From Octopus sinensis (lineage: Eukaryota): DNA of 38,886 nt. The notes below the pieces were generated by a model that had not been told where the DNA came from, searched no databases, and worked only from the letters and a program-made list of their open reading frames with translations. Positions 1-12,020 of this stretch are shown here, in pieces (position 1 is the first letter of the stretch; each line of letters begins with the position of its first letter). A program made the position numbers and the translations under genes. The stretch covers positions 1 to 38,886 of the forward strand of contig NW_021829653.1 in assembly GCF_006345805.1 (NCBI RefSeq), given 5' to 3'.

Positions 1-749
1 ATCAGATCTAGAAGGTTCTTAAACAAACTGTAAAAAGGCAGCAGAAGATTCGGTTTGGTTTTTCTCGAATGAGAAAAACTTCGACCAAGATCAAGAAGTT
101 AACAGAAAAAATGACAGATGGTTATGTGCAGACCCATCCGAAGTTCCATCCGAAGTTGCATACAAAATTTCCTGCAACTGTTATGGCTTTAGGGCTTGTC
201 AGCAATGAAGGACAAGTGATGCATCCTTACTTCTTTCTACAAGGCCTTAGAGTGCTGCCTACATTGAGGTCCTGGAAGTAATGGTTAGACAGTGTATGAA
301 ATGGAAGGCCATATTTGTTTCAGTAAGATTCTGCACTATCACACATGGCTCTTTTAATACAGGAATGAATGGCTGAAAATTTTCATGATCACATATCCCC
401 TAACATTTGGCCTCCTAATTCACCAGATCTCAATCCATTGGAACATGTGGAGCGTTGTTGAGAGAGAGGTCAGTGAACACGCCCAAAACACTAAAGGGTC
501 TTTGAAAGCAGCCATAGTCAGAGTAATGTCCAAAATGAACCAATACCACTTGTTTCGAGCAGATAAATGATTTAGATATCTTATAGAAGCAGTTGTTGAA
601 GCTGTAGGTGATTTTTTTGAAGAACACTATAGAAAAGAAGATTTGTTTTTTTTCCTCAGAGTATTTTTGATAAGTAAAATTATCTGCTATTATATATCTG
701 GTTTTTGCTTATAAACATAAATCTATCCTCAAATATCTTACGCACCCTA
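1..749 (+). pseudogene. Decayed DD37D (maT-type) Tc1/mariner transposon: 3' part of the transposase plus right end
   Basis: Joining frames across frameshifts and stops from 56 to ~622 gives WFFSNEKNFDQDQEVNRKNDRWLCADPSEV / HTKFPATVMALGLVSNEGQVMHPYFF / GRPYLFQ*DSALSH...WPPNSPDLNPL / WSVVEREV...IEAVVEAVGDFFE. There are 37 residues between the D of DSA and the position after DLNPL. A TIR-like end CTTACGCACCCT lies at ~738-749. Confidence 0.88.
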
Positions 750-750
750 T

Positions 751-814
751 TTATACATACATACACACAAACACACACATACGCGCGCACATACACACAC
801 ACATATATATTCAT

Positions 815-848
<34 letters not shown>

Positions 849-870
849 GTGTGCGTATACGTTTGTGCGT
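751..870. repeat. Compound (CA)n/(TA)n microsatellite
   Basis: Direct reading. Confidence 0.9.
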
Positions 871-871
871 C

Positions 872-1049
872 TGTGTTTGTCCCCCCCAAAATCTGGTGTG
901 TTTACGTCCCCGTAACTTAGCGGTTCGGCAAACGGGACCGATAGAATAAGTACTAGGCTTACAAAGAATAAGTCCTGGAGTCGATTTGCTCGACTAAAGG
1001 CGGTCCTCCAGCATGACCACAGCCAAATGACTGGAACAAGTAAAAAGAG
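872..1049 (+). mobile_element. SINE family A, 3' half only
   Basis: Matches the 3' half of the full copies at 6993-7408 and 12842-13243 (GGTGTGTTTACGTCCCCGTAACTTAGCGGTTCGGC...CAAGTAAAAAGAG). Confidence 0.88.
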
Positions 1050-1344
1050 GGTACCTACATACATGGGTATGATGTTGATGCTGTCTGAATACCAGTAAAA
1101 AAATTCTCTTTCTGTAAACTCTTTCCATGTTGAAGAGACATTGAGAAACACGAGTAGAAGAACGTTCATATACACATACATATATACATACATACATAAT
1201 ACATAAATATACATGCATAATACATACATATACACATAATACATACATACGTACATACACATACATGCAAATATGCTACATGCACGCACATACAAAGTAT
1301 ATGGCTGTCCGCCAGTTTCCACAATGAATATTCAGTTTTTTCGA

Positions 1345-1455
1345 TCACCAGATCGGCCTGCTCATTAAATTAGCGTGTAACCGACTGAGTATACCACAGA
1401 TACTTGAACGCCAATCCCAATCCTCGTGGATTACCAGCGTGACAGAGTATTTCCA
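1345..1455 (-). mobile_element. Highly diverged fragment of SINE tail T1
   Basis: GCCTGCTCATTAAATTAGCGTGTAACCGACTGAGTATACCACAGATAC resembles 30156-30203 (GCCTGCTCGTGAAATTAACGTGTAAGTGACTGAGCACTCCACAGACAC). Confidence 0.5.
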
Positions 1456-1622
1456 CAGGGGCGGACCGCCGCCATATTTCTAGCGTTACGCCTAAGAAAT
1501 GATCACGAAATGAAAAGAAGAACACGCATTCCAAGAATTTCTTCCAGACTGTGATTTTATTCCATCATACAAGAAATGCCTCACTTCATAAAATGTTTCA
1601 TTTATATAGTTCAGGTTATGTC

Positions 1623-4600
1623 GAGGTGGCGAACTGGCAGAAACGTTAGCACGCCGGGCGAAATACGTAGCCGTATTTCGTCTGCCGTTTTGTTCTGTGT
1701 TCAAATTCTGCCGAGGTCGACTTTGCCTTTCATCCTTTCGGGGTCGATTAAATAAGTACCAGTTACACACTGGGGTCGATAGATATCGACTTAATCTGTT
1801 TGTCTGTCCTTGTTTGTCCCCTAGTGTTTAGCCCCTTGTGGGTAATAAAGAAATAGGTAATTTTGCTGCCCGCTCGGTTCTGAGTTCAAATTCTGCCGAG
1901 GTCGACTTTGCCTTTCATCCTTTCGGGGTCGATTAAATAAGTACCAGTTACACACTGGGGTCGATATAATCGACTTAATCTGTTTGTCTGTCCTTGTTTG
2001 TCCCCTCTGTGTTTAGCCCCTTGTGGGTAAATAAAGAAACAGGTATTTCGTCTGCCGCTACATCTTTTAGTTCAAATTCCGCCGAGGTCGACTTTGCCTT
2101 TCATCCTTTCGGGGTCGATTAAATAAGTACCAGTTACACACTGGGGTCGATATAATCGACTTAATCTGTTTGTCTGTCCTTGTTTGTCCCCTCTGTGTTT
2201 AGCCCCTTGTGGGTAATAAAGAAATAGGTAATTTGTCTGCCGCTACGTTCTGAGTTCAAATTCTGCCGAGGTCGACTTTGCCTTTCATCCTTTCGGGGTC
2301 GATTAAATAAGTACCAGTTACACACTGGGGTCGATATATAATCGAGTAATCTGTGGTCTGTCCTTGTTTGTCCCTCTGTGTTTAGCCCCTGTGGGTAAAT
2401 AAGAAACCGGTATTTCGTCTGCCGCTACATCTTTTAGTTCAAATTCCACCGAGGTCGACTTTGCCTTTCATCCTTTCGGGGTCGATTAAATAAGTACCAG
2501 TTACACACTGGGGTCGATATAATCGACTTAATCTGTTTGTCTGTCCTTGTTTGTCCCCTCTGTGTTTAGCCCCTTGTGGGTAATAAAGAAATAGGTAATT
2601 TGTCTGCCGCTACGTTCTGAGTTCAAATTCTGCCGAGGTCGACTTTGCCTTTCATCCTTTCGGGGTCGATTAAATAAGTACCAGTTACAACTGGGGTCGA
2701 TATATCGACTTAATCTGTTTGTCTGTCCTTGTTTGTCCCCCTCTGTTTAGCCCCTTGTGGGTTATAAAGAAATAGGTAATTTGTCTTGCCGCTACGTTCT
2801 GAGTTCAAATTCTGCCGAGGTCGACTTTGCCTTTCATCCTTTCGGGGGTCGATTAAATAAGTACCAGTTACACACTGGGTCGATATAATCGACTTAATCT
2901 GTTTGTCTGTCCTTGTTTGTCCCTCTGTGTTAGCCCCTTGTGGGTAAATAAAGAAACAGGTATTTCGTCTGCCGCGCTACATCTTTTAGTTCAAATTCCG
3001 CCGAGGTCGACTTTGCCTTTCATCCTTTCGGGGTCGATTAAATAAGTACCAGTTACAACCTGGGGTCGATATAATCGACTTAATCTGTTTGTCTGTCCTT
3101 GTTGGTCCCCTCTGTGTTGAGCCCCTGTGGGTAATAAAGAAATAGGTAATTTGTCTGCCGCTACGTTCTGAGTTCAAATTCTGCCGAGGTCGACTTTGCC
3201 CTTTCATCCTTCGGGGTCGATAAATAAGTACCAGGTACACACTGGGGTCGATATAATCGACTTAATCTGTTTGTCTGTCCCTTGTTTGTCCCCTCTGTTT
3301 TTAGCCCCTTTTGTGGGTAAATAAAGAAACCGGTATTTCTCGTCTGCCGCTACATCTTTTAGTTTCAAATTCCACCCGAGGTCGACTTTGCCTTTCATCC
3401 TTTCGGGGTCGATTAAATAAGTACCAGTTACACACTGGGGTCGATATAATCGACTTAATCTGTTTGTCTGTCCTTGTTTGTCCCCTCTGTGTTTAGCCCC
3501 TTGTGGGTAATAAAGAAATAGGTAATTTGTCTGCCGCTACGTTCTGAGTTTCAAATTCTGCCGAGGTCGACTTTGCCTTTCATCCTTTCGGGGTCGATTA
3601 AATAAGTACCAGTTACACACTGGGGTCGAATATAATCGACTTAATCTGTGTTTGTCTGTCCTTTGTTTGTCCCCTCTGTGTTTAGCCCTTGTGGGTAAGA
3701 TAAAGAAATAGGTAATTTGTCTGCCGCTACTTCTGAGTTCAAATTCTGCCGAGGTCGACTTTGCTTTTCATCCTTTCGGGGTCGATTAAATAAGTACCAG
3801 TTACACATGGGGGTCGATATAATCGACTTAATCTGTTTGTCTGTCCTTGTTTGTCCCCTCTGTAGTTACCCCTGTGTGTGGGTAATAAAGAAAATGGTAA
3901 TTTGTCTGCCGCTACGTTCTGAGTTCAAATTCTGCCGAGGTCGACTTTGCTTTTCATCCTTTCGGGGTCGATTAAATAAGTACCAGTTACACACTGGGGT
4001 CGATATAATCGACTTAATCTGTTTGTCTGTCCTTGTTGTCCCCTCTGTGTTAGCCCCTTGTGGGTATAAAGAAATAGGTAATTTGTCTGCCGCTACGTTC
4101 TGAGTTCAAATTTGCCGAGGTCGACTTTGCCTTTCATCCTTTCGGGGTCGATTAAATAAGTACCAGTTACACATGGGGTCGATATAATCGACTTAAATTG
4201 TTTGTCGTCCTTGTTTGTCCCCTCTGTGTTTAGCCCCTTGTGGGTAATAAAGAAATAGGTAATTTGTCTGCCGCTACGTTCTGAGTTCAAATTCTGCCGA
4301 GGTCGACTTTGCTTTTCATCCTTTCGGGGTCGATTAAATAAGTACCAGTTACACACTGGGGTCGATATAATCGACTTAATCTGTTTGTCTGCCCTTGTTT
4401 GTCCCCTCTGTGTTTAGCCCCTTGTGGGTAATAAAGAGAATAGGTAAATTGTCTGCCGCTACGTTCTGAGTTCAAATTCTGCCGAGGTCGACTTGCTTTC
4501 ATCCTTCGGAGTCGATTAAATAAGTACCAGTTACACACTGGGGTCGATATAATCGACTTAATCTGTTTGTCTGTCCTTGTTGTTCACCTTGTGTTCGCCC

Positions 4601-5699
4601 CTTGTGGGGTAAAAAGAAATAGGTAATTTGTCTGCCGCTACGTTCTGAGTTCAAATTCTGGCGAGGTCGACTTGCCTTTCATCCTTTCGGGGTCGATTAA
4701 ATAAGTACCAGTTACACACTGGGGTCGATATAATCGACTTAATCTGTTGTCTGTCCTTGTTGTGTCCCCCTCTGTGTTTAGCCCCTTGTGGGTAATAAAG
4801 AAATAGGTAATTTGTCTGCCGCTACGTTGAGTTCAAATTTGCCGAGGTCGACTTTGCCTTTCATCCTTTCGGGGTCATTAAATAAGTACCAGTTACACAT
4901 GGGGCGATATAATCGACTTAATCTGTTTGTCTGTCCTTGTTGTCCCTCTGTGTTTAGCCCTTGTGGGTAATAAAGAAATAGGTAATTTGTCTGCCGCTAC
5001 GTTCTGAGTTCAAATTCTGCCGAGGTCGACTTTGCCTTTCATCCTTTCGGGGTCGATTAAATAAGTACCAGTTACACACTGGGGTCGATATAATCGACTT
5101 AATCTGTTTGTCTGTCCTTGTTTGTCCCCTCTGTGTTTAGCCCCTTGTGGGTAATAAAGAAATAGGTAATTTGTCTGCCGCTACGTTCTGAGTTCAAATT
5201 CTGCCGAGGTCGACTTTGCCTTTCATCCTTTCGGGGTCGATTAAATAAGTACCAGTTACACACTGGGGTCGATATAATCGACTTAATCTGTTTGTCTGTC
5301 CTTGTTTGTCCCCTCTGTGTTTAGCCCCTTGTGGGTAATAAAGAAATAGGTATTTCGTCTGCCGCTACATCTTTAGTTCAAATTCCACCGAGGTCGACTT
5401 TGCCTTTCATCCTTTCGGGGTCGATTAAATAAGTACCAGTTACACACTGGGGTCGATATAATCGACTTAATCTGTTTGTCTGTCCTTGTTTGTCCCCTCT
5501 GTGTTTAGCCCCTTGTGGGTAGTAAAGAAATAGGTATTTCGTCTGCCGCTACATCTTTAGTTCAAATTCCGCCGAGGTCGACTTTGCCTTTCATCCTTTC
5601 GGGGTCGATAAACTAAGTACCAGTTGTGTACTGGGGTCGATGTAATCAACTGGTCCCCTTCCCCAAAATTTCAGGCCTTGTGCCTTGTGGGTAGAAAAG

Positions 5700-5700
<1 letters not shown>
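1623..5700 (+). repeat. SINE-B-derived tandem satellite: one tRNA-like head plus 22 units of ~184 bp
   Basis: The head GAGGTGGCGAACTGGCAGAAACGTTAGCACG occurs once, at 1623. Units restart at GGTA(A)TTTSGTC-like junctions at ~1673, 1857, 2042, 2227, 2409, 2593, 2775, 2959, 3145, 3332, 3521, 3711, 3896, 4077, 4258, 4443, 4622, 4806, 4981, 5165, 5349 and 5533. The last clean starts are exactly 184 bp apart. Confidence 0.95.
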
Positions 5701-5736
<36 letters not shown>

Positions 5737-5746
5737 ATTATTATTC
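5700..5746. repeat. (TTA)n tail closing the satellite
   Basis: Direct reading; it follows the terminal SINE-B tail GTAGAAAAGA. Confidence 0.9.
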
Positions 5747-6095
5747 TTACATTAATTTTTTTGCAGTTTTTCTTTCATCAATGGTAATTTATATTTGTTC
5801 TTCTTTACTTTCAATCTGTTCTCCTCATCCACTGGTCTCCCACTCTCCATCCCCTCTCTCTCCCCTCTCTCTCTTTCGCTCGCTATGTCTGTGTGTCTGC
5901 GTGTCTATTTTACTCCCTCGTCCTCCTTCTCCTTCTTCTTCCCTTCCTTTCTTTCCCCGTCGGTGTGTTCATTACGTTGTTATACGATGAGCGTCATCTG
6001 TTGCTAGTTTAGGAATCTATATCTGCTGTCGCTAAGAATTCCAACATGTGTTATTCGATGCTGGACGTTGCCAATTATAATATATGATAAGGCGC

Positions 6096-6735
6096 CGCTA
6101 CCACCACCACACCACCACCACCATCACCACCACCACCACCATCACCACCACCACCACCACCACCACCACCACCGCAATCATACCAGCAGTACCACTACCA
6201 CGACCATATCATCACCATCACTACCACTATCAGCAACAGTAAAACCACCACCAATAACCACCATCGCTACCACCACCACCACTACCACCACCACCACTAT
6301 CAATACCACCATCACCACCACCACCACCACCACCACCACCACAACCACACACCACCACCACCACCACAACCTCCACCACCACCACTACCACCACCACTAT
6401 CAATACCACCACCACCACCACAACCACCACCACCACCACCACAACCTCCACCACCACCACTACCACCACCACTATCAATGCCACCATCACCACCACCACC
6501 ACCACATCACCATTACTGTCACCAATTTCACCAGCATCAGCACAACCATGCCACCACCACCATCACCACCATCAACATCGACCACTACCACCGCCATCAA
6601 ACCCAGCACAATCACCATCACTACCAGCACTTATTACCACCATCATCGCCGCCACAAGCTTCCACAGCAGCAGGCAGCAGCACCACCACCCCACCACCAT
6701 CACCACCACCGACAGCAACAGCACTCCCTGATACC
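6096..6735. repeat. Degenerate (CAC/CCA)n trinucleotide tract
   Basis: Direct reading; it explains the poly-His/Thr/Pro and poly-Val ORFs. Confidence 0.92.
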
Positions 6736-6913
6736 ACCAAATCTAATAAACAAATATAAAAGTAGGCTATTAAGGAGATAACAATAGTAACAACAAAAAC
6801 GGCTTCTTACATGGTCACCAACATTTCAGGTGATGGTAATAACTGCTGGTAGTGATACTTATACATACATTTATATACATACATAAGGATGCACACAATC
6901 AAGAATTCTAATT

Positions 6914-6917
<4 letters not shown>

Positions 6918-6992
<75 letters not shown>
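6918..6992. repeat. (CT)n followed by (TA)n
   Basis: Direct reading. Confidence 0.95.
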
Positions 6993-6993
<1 letters not shown>

Positions 6994-7406
6994 CTCTTTT
7001 ACTCTTTTACTCTTTTACTTGTTTCAGTCATTTGACTGCGGCCATGCTGGAGCACCGCCTTTAATCGAGCAACTCGACCACGGGACTTATTCTTTTTGTA
7101 AGCCCAGTACTTATTCTATCGGTCTATTTTGCCGAACCGCTAAGTAACGGGGACATAAACACACCAGCATCGGTTGTCAAGCAATGCTAGGGGGACAAAC
7201 ACAGACACACAAACAAACACATATACATATATATATACATATATACGACAGGCTTCTTTCAGTTTCCGTCTACCAAATCCACTCACAAGGCATTGGTCGG
7301 CCCGGGGCTATAGCAGAAGACACTCGCCCAAGATGCCACGCAGTGGGACTGAACCCAGAGCAATGTGGTTGGTTAGCAAGCTACTTACCACACAGCCACT
7401 CCTGCG

Positions 7407-7408
<2 letters not shown>
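6993..7408 (-). mobile_element. SINE family A, full length
   Basis: On the minus strand: tRNA-like head GGCGCAGGAGTGGCTGTGTGGTAAGTAGCTTGC, B-box-like GGGTTCAGTCCC, central (TA)/(TG) tract, and (GTAAAAGA)n tail. Confidence 0.92.
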
Positions 7409-7443
<35 letters not shown>

Positions 7444-7721
7444 ACAATTTAATAAATAAAACATATGCATACATACATACATATATGTACATACCTACAT
7501 CTATATGTATATATACATGCATATATGGGTACAGGACACCACAAATAAACGTAGAACACAACGAGAAACAAAAACATAAAACCAAACAAGGAAACGGACT
7601 TTTTTTAACAACGAAAAAACAGAGTACAAGACAAACAATACAATACAGCTGCCCCTGTTTCGACTCAATGCGTGTTTCGAAGTGCATATATATATACACA
7701 CACACGCACACGTATGTATGC

Positions 7722-7769
<48 letters not shown>

Positions 7770-8193
7770 ACATGTACAAACACACAGACATCGCATATAT
7801 GCTTAATGGAAAACGATTACGTTAATGCATTGGAATTTCTGCATAAATTTTGTCGACGTGACGCATCAAGCCCTACTTTACAACCCACCGACCACCATCA
7901 CCAACGCTACAACCACCAGTCTCAACCATATCCCTTAACGTCCGATAACGCCTGATATTGCTTCATGTCGTCGTTCTACATAGCATCCATTATATGCTTC
8001 TCAACGTTTCTTCGTTGTTCTAGCTGTCGTCTGCGTCAGTCATTTCACGTTGATGGACGGGGATGGGTGAAAATAACGTAGTGGTGGTTGTTGTCGGTGG
8101 CGGTGGTGTGAGTGATTATAATATTATAATGACGGTAATGGCGGTCGTTGTGGTGGTGGTTGTGGCGGTGATTGTTATATTGGAAAATATTGC

Positions 8194-8624
8194 GGATCTT
8201 TTCGGTTTGAACGGCAGTTTTTTCTAGCGGTGTCATATGAAATTGTCACCCATAATTATGACCCTAGTATCGATCTATTGCATTTCAATCTGTTTTAGGA
8301 TTAGGATTAGTTAGGGTTAGGGTTAAGGGTGGGGGGAAGGGTATCTTTTTTTCTTCAGAAATGTAAATAAACCCAATCTGTTTCTTAAACGAGGGACATA
8401 TTCATACGGCACAGAATGTTTTTTAACTCAATAGACGATATTGGTTGGTTGAAATTGCAGAAATTGAAGTAAAAACAACAAATATCTTACAAACTATAGA
8501 ATTTTCTCAATAAAGCCAAGAGAAAAAGATGTTTTATAAACACATTCTACCAGTATACGAAGTTAAAAATTTTTTAGTTACCTTGAAATTATGTTAAAAA
8601 CTGCCGTTCAAACCGAAAAGATCC
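8194..8624. mobile_element. MITE with 29-bp TIRs and 8-bp TSD (Merlin- or hAT-like), internal TTAGGG repeats
   Basis: TIR GGATCTTTTCGGTTTGAACGGCAGTTTTT at 8194-8222, inverse at 8596-8624. Perfect TSD AATATTGC at 8186-8193 and 8625-8632. Confidence 0.92.
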
Positions 8625-9211
8625 AATATTGCAAGTTGTTTGTTACGGATGGTGCTGTGATCATGATGGTGGTGGTGGTGCTGGTGTTGATGATGGCGGT
8701 GGTGATAGTGATGATGGTGTTGTTGTTGTTGGTGTTTGTATTGGTGATGGGGTTGGTTGTGCGAATGGAAATGACAGTGCTGGTGGTAGTTGTGGTGTAT
8801 GCGATGTTGAGGTTGTTGATATTGTTATATTTAAGGTTGTTGATTTACTCTCACTTCAGACCTGATCGAGCAGCACCATGATCATAAGCATTCCAACCGT
8901 GACCATCTCGACTTTTATTCAGACATTATGTGCCTATAGGACAAATCTGTCAACTGCATCCTTCCTTTTGTATGACTGTAGAAGGTGATTTGAAGGTCAC
9001 TTGGCCGCTATTTTTAGCAGTTTATGTGCCTTTCCCATAGTTGTTGCCTTTTAGCCCCATGCTAACTTTGAAGATTTCATTTGAGTGCTGAATAGGTGTC
9101 TTAATAGTAATAATTTCTTAATATCGAACTAACGAGTGTACCAGTGTAACAAGTGTATGTGTATACTTTGTACTTAGAGACGTTCGTGATGCAACGATAT
9201 ATATATATTAT

Positions 9212-9262
<51 letters not shown>

Positions 9263-9282
9263 TATATACATATATATATATA

Positions 9283-9931
9283 CTAGCATTATGACCGTCT
9301 TTGCCGGGTCATAGTGCTAGTGCATGTATATATGTGTATATATATGTCTACATATTACATGCACATCTATATATATACATCTACACGTAAAATACAAAAT
9401 ACAAAGTTATATCTTGATATCGCTAGTGATAACAATACTGAAAATATATAACAGATTGGAATTGTAGGACTATTTCATTTCTGCACGCTAATTCTATTTT
9501 TAATTTATTCCCATTCATGTGAAACCACTTATTCAAGTTCAAATCCTTGATGCAATTTTATACCAATTGCTATTTTTACTTTTGTTATGTTACGATTATA
9601 TTATACTTTAGTTTGATTTTAATTATTACTTACTACATATAATTCAATTGTTATTATTATTTATTGTTTAAGTGAAATATATGACATAAATAGAGAATGT
9701 TTTTGTTTCTCTTTTAATACGTAATACTGAAATAGTGGAGAAGATATGATATTGCTATGGGCTCGCCCTAGGCAAGAAGTTGAACATTTTTTTGCCCATG
9801 AAAACTACATGGACCCTAAAAGGCATGTGTAAAATTTGAATGAAATTGGTTGTGTAGTTCTCAAGTTTTAGGGAAACCACATAGACAGACAGATAACACC
9901 ACATCTCAGTTTTTTTGTATATATATATAGA
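9283..9931 (-). mobile_element. Non-autonomous Helitron (~650 bp)
   Basis: The minus strand starts A|TCTATATATATATAC and ends in the hairpin ...GCACTATGACCCGGCAAAGACGGTCATAATGCTAG|T. No TSD. TC/CTAG ends inserted between A and T are Helitron hallmarks. Confidence 0.75.
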
Positions 9932-9963
9932 TATATACATACATACATACATACATACATACA

Positions 9964-9995
<32 letters not shown>

Positions 9996-10273
9996 ATAGA
10001 AATATTAAAATTACTACAGCGTTTACTGGAAATTAATTGTATCGCGCCATATTAATATGGCATTCTTATAGATATAAGAATAATCGCTGCTGCTGGTCAG
10101 CTCCATGAGGCCACCCGCTTAAGATAGCTATGATACACGATCTGTATCCATTATAACCTTCGAACAAGGGAGGTCAGCCGCTTCACACTGCCAGTCCGAC
10201 AGCTACAGACGCGTTCGGGGTATATACATATATATATATATATGTATATTATATATATATTATTATATATATT

Positions 10274-10307
<34 letters not shown>

Positions 10308-10945
10308 TCTGCTACCATTTTCGATGCAAGTACATCGAGGCACTTCTTCCGTCTTCATTCCTCATCACCACTAATGAATATCATAGGCCAGCTGTACTTT
10401 AAACGGCCAACAACTGAGAACTGCTGAATTAAGAACTTCTCCACTTAGAATTTTCTCACTTTTCTCTCCATTTCCAAACTACTTAACACTCTAGGAAGAA
10501 AGTGGAGCTACAAAATAACATATTCCATGAATTTTGTACAGACTGTAATTATTTCTATCTATAATTATACTTCATAAAACATCTAATTAAGTCACATGTT
10601 ATATCAAGCTGATAATTTCTAAAAAGAATGAAATAGTGTAATACACGATTATCACGGGCTGAGAATTTAAAAAATTTCATAATAAGTAACCCTTGTCTCT
10701 CCCCAAAAAACAATATTAAATGCATGAAATCTATACATTTTCTTCCTTATAATTGTTCAATTTCAAATTAAAATTTTTAATCCTGCCTCTTATTACGAAA
10801 ACGTGATTATATCCCTTATAATAGCTACGAATACAAGGGAAGCACCTGTACTGTACAGTTAAATTTTCGTCAAACCATTCATTCAAGCCCCAATTTATAG
10901 AGCAAATTATTATGCTACCTTAGTACAGTTATAATACCGCAGCTG

Positions 10946-11423
10946 TCAGAACGTAACGGCAGACGAAATAAAGCTAAGCATTTTACACAGCGTGCTAACG
11001 TTTCTTATTTCTTTATTGCCCACAAGGGGATAAACATAGAGGAGACAAACAAGGACAGACAAACGGATTAAGTCGATTATATCGACCCCAGTGCGTAACT
11101 GGTACTTATTATTTAATCGACCTCGAAAAGATGAAAGGCAAAGTCGACCTCGGCGGAATTTGAACTCAGAATGTAACGGCAGACGAAATACCTATTTCTT
11201 TACTACCCACAAGGGGCTAAGCACAGAGAGGGCAAACAAAGACAGACATATGGATTAAGTCGATTATATCGACCCCAGAGCGCAACTAGTACTTATTTAA
11301 TCGACCTCCAAAGGATGAAAGGCAAAGTCGACCTCGGCGGAATTTGAACTCAGAATGTAGAGGCAGACGAAATACGGCTACGCATTTTGCCCGGCGTGCT
11401 AACGTTTCTGCCAGCTCGCCACC
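10946..11423 (-). mobile_element. SINE family B multimer (head + 2 units + partial third)
   Basis: Head at 11423, unit junction GAAATACCTATTTC at ~11185-11198, and a re-entry fragment at 10946-11005. Confidence 0.9.
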
Positions 11424-11988
11424 ACTCTGTGGTGATATTAGTATTTGCGATGTTGCTGTTGTTGATATTGTTGTTGTGATAGTAGTTGTTTTAATATCAC
11501 TGCAGACTTGATCGAGCAGGACCAAGATGCAAGTAGATCCATTAAAAGAGCTTGCCTTAATTGACAAATGATCGTCTAAAGGTCATTCACGAAATTCTCA
11601 CACGCTCTTGCCAACAACACGAACGAAAAAGACCTATTCGTAATTTTCCCGTTCGCCTCAGCTATAAATACAACACTTCCCACCTTTACAAGTTATCAAT
11701 AGGATTAATATTTTCCTCTAATGTTCTATATATACAGGAAGTATATTTCTCATTTAAGCTGAGATGACTCTTCATTATTCCCGGAACGTTATAGCAAACG
11801 CCTGCAGCTTGGAACTGTGGCGAAGTCAACAAAAGGTCAACACGAAACGGAAAGACTAGAAAGCCTTCCAAGTTCTTGAGTGCTGAAAACACGTGAACAC
11901 ACGTAATTATCCGATCTTTACATTCACGTGATCTCAAAAGCATATACTCTTAGAATGTAAATTTGATAATGCCGTCGTATACACAGTA

Positions 11989-12019
<31 letters not shown>

Positions 12020-12020
<1 letters not shown>

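Noticed and set aside
4981-5164. Hammerhead ribozyme within the 184-bp unit (classic retrozyme)
   Set aside because: No CUGANGA...GAAA core on either strand. Other ribozyme folds were not evident by eye but were not excluded computationally.
1623-5700. CRISPR array
   Set aside because: Units are homologous over their whole length with no unique spacers, there are no cas genes, and the context is eukaryotic SINE DNA.
6068-6781. 237-aa His/Thr-rich ORF
   Set aside because: It is a stop-free (CAC)n tract open in several frames on both strands, starts at TTG, and has no domain.
8300-8335. True telomere or chromosome-fusion site
   Set aside because: The TTAGGG runs are short, degenerate and always at the same position inside the MITE.
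11889-11932. E-box cluster (two CACGTG plus CACGTA)
   Set aside because: Short motifs with no conservation evidence; the spacing does not match a motif pair I can name.
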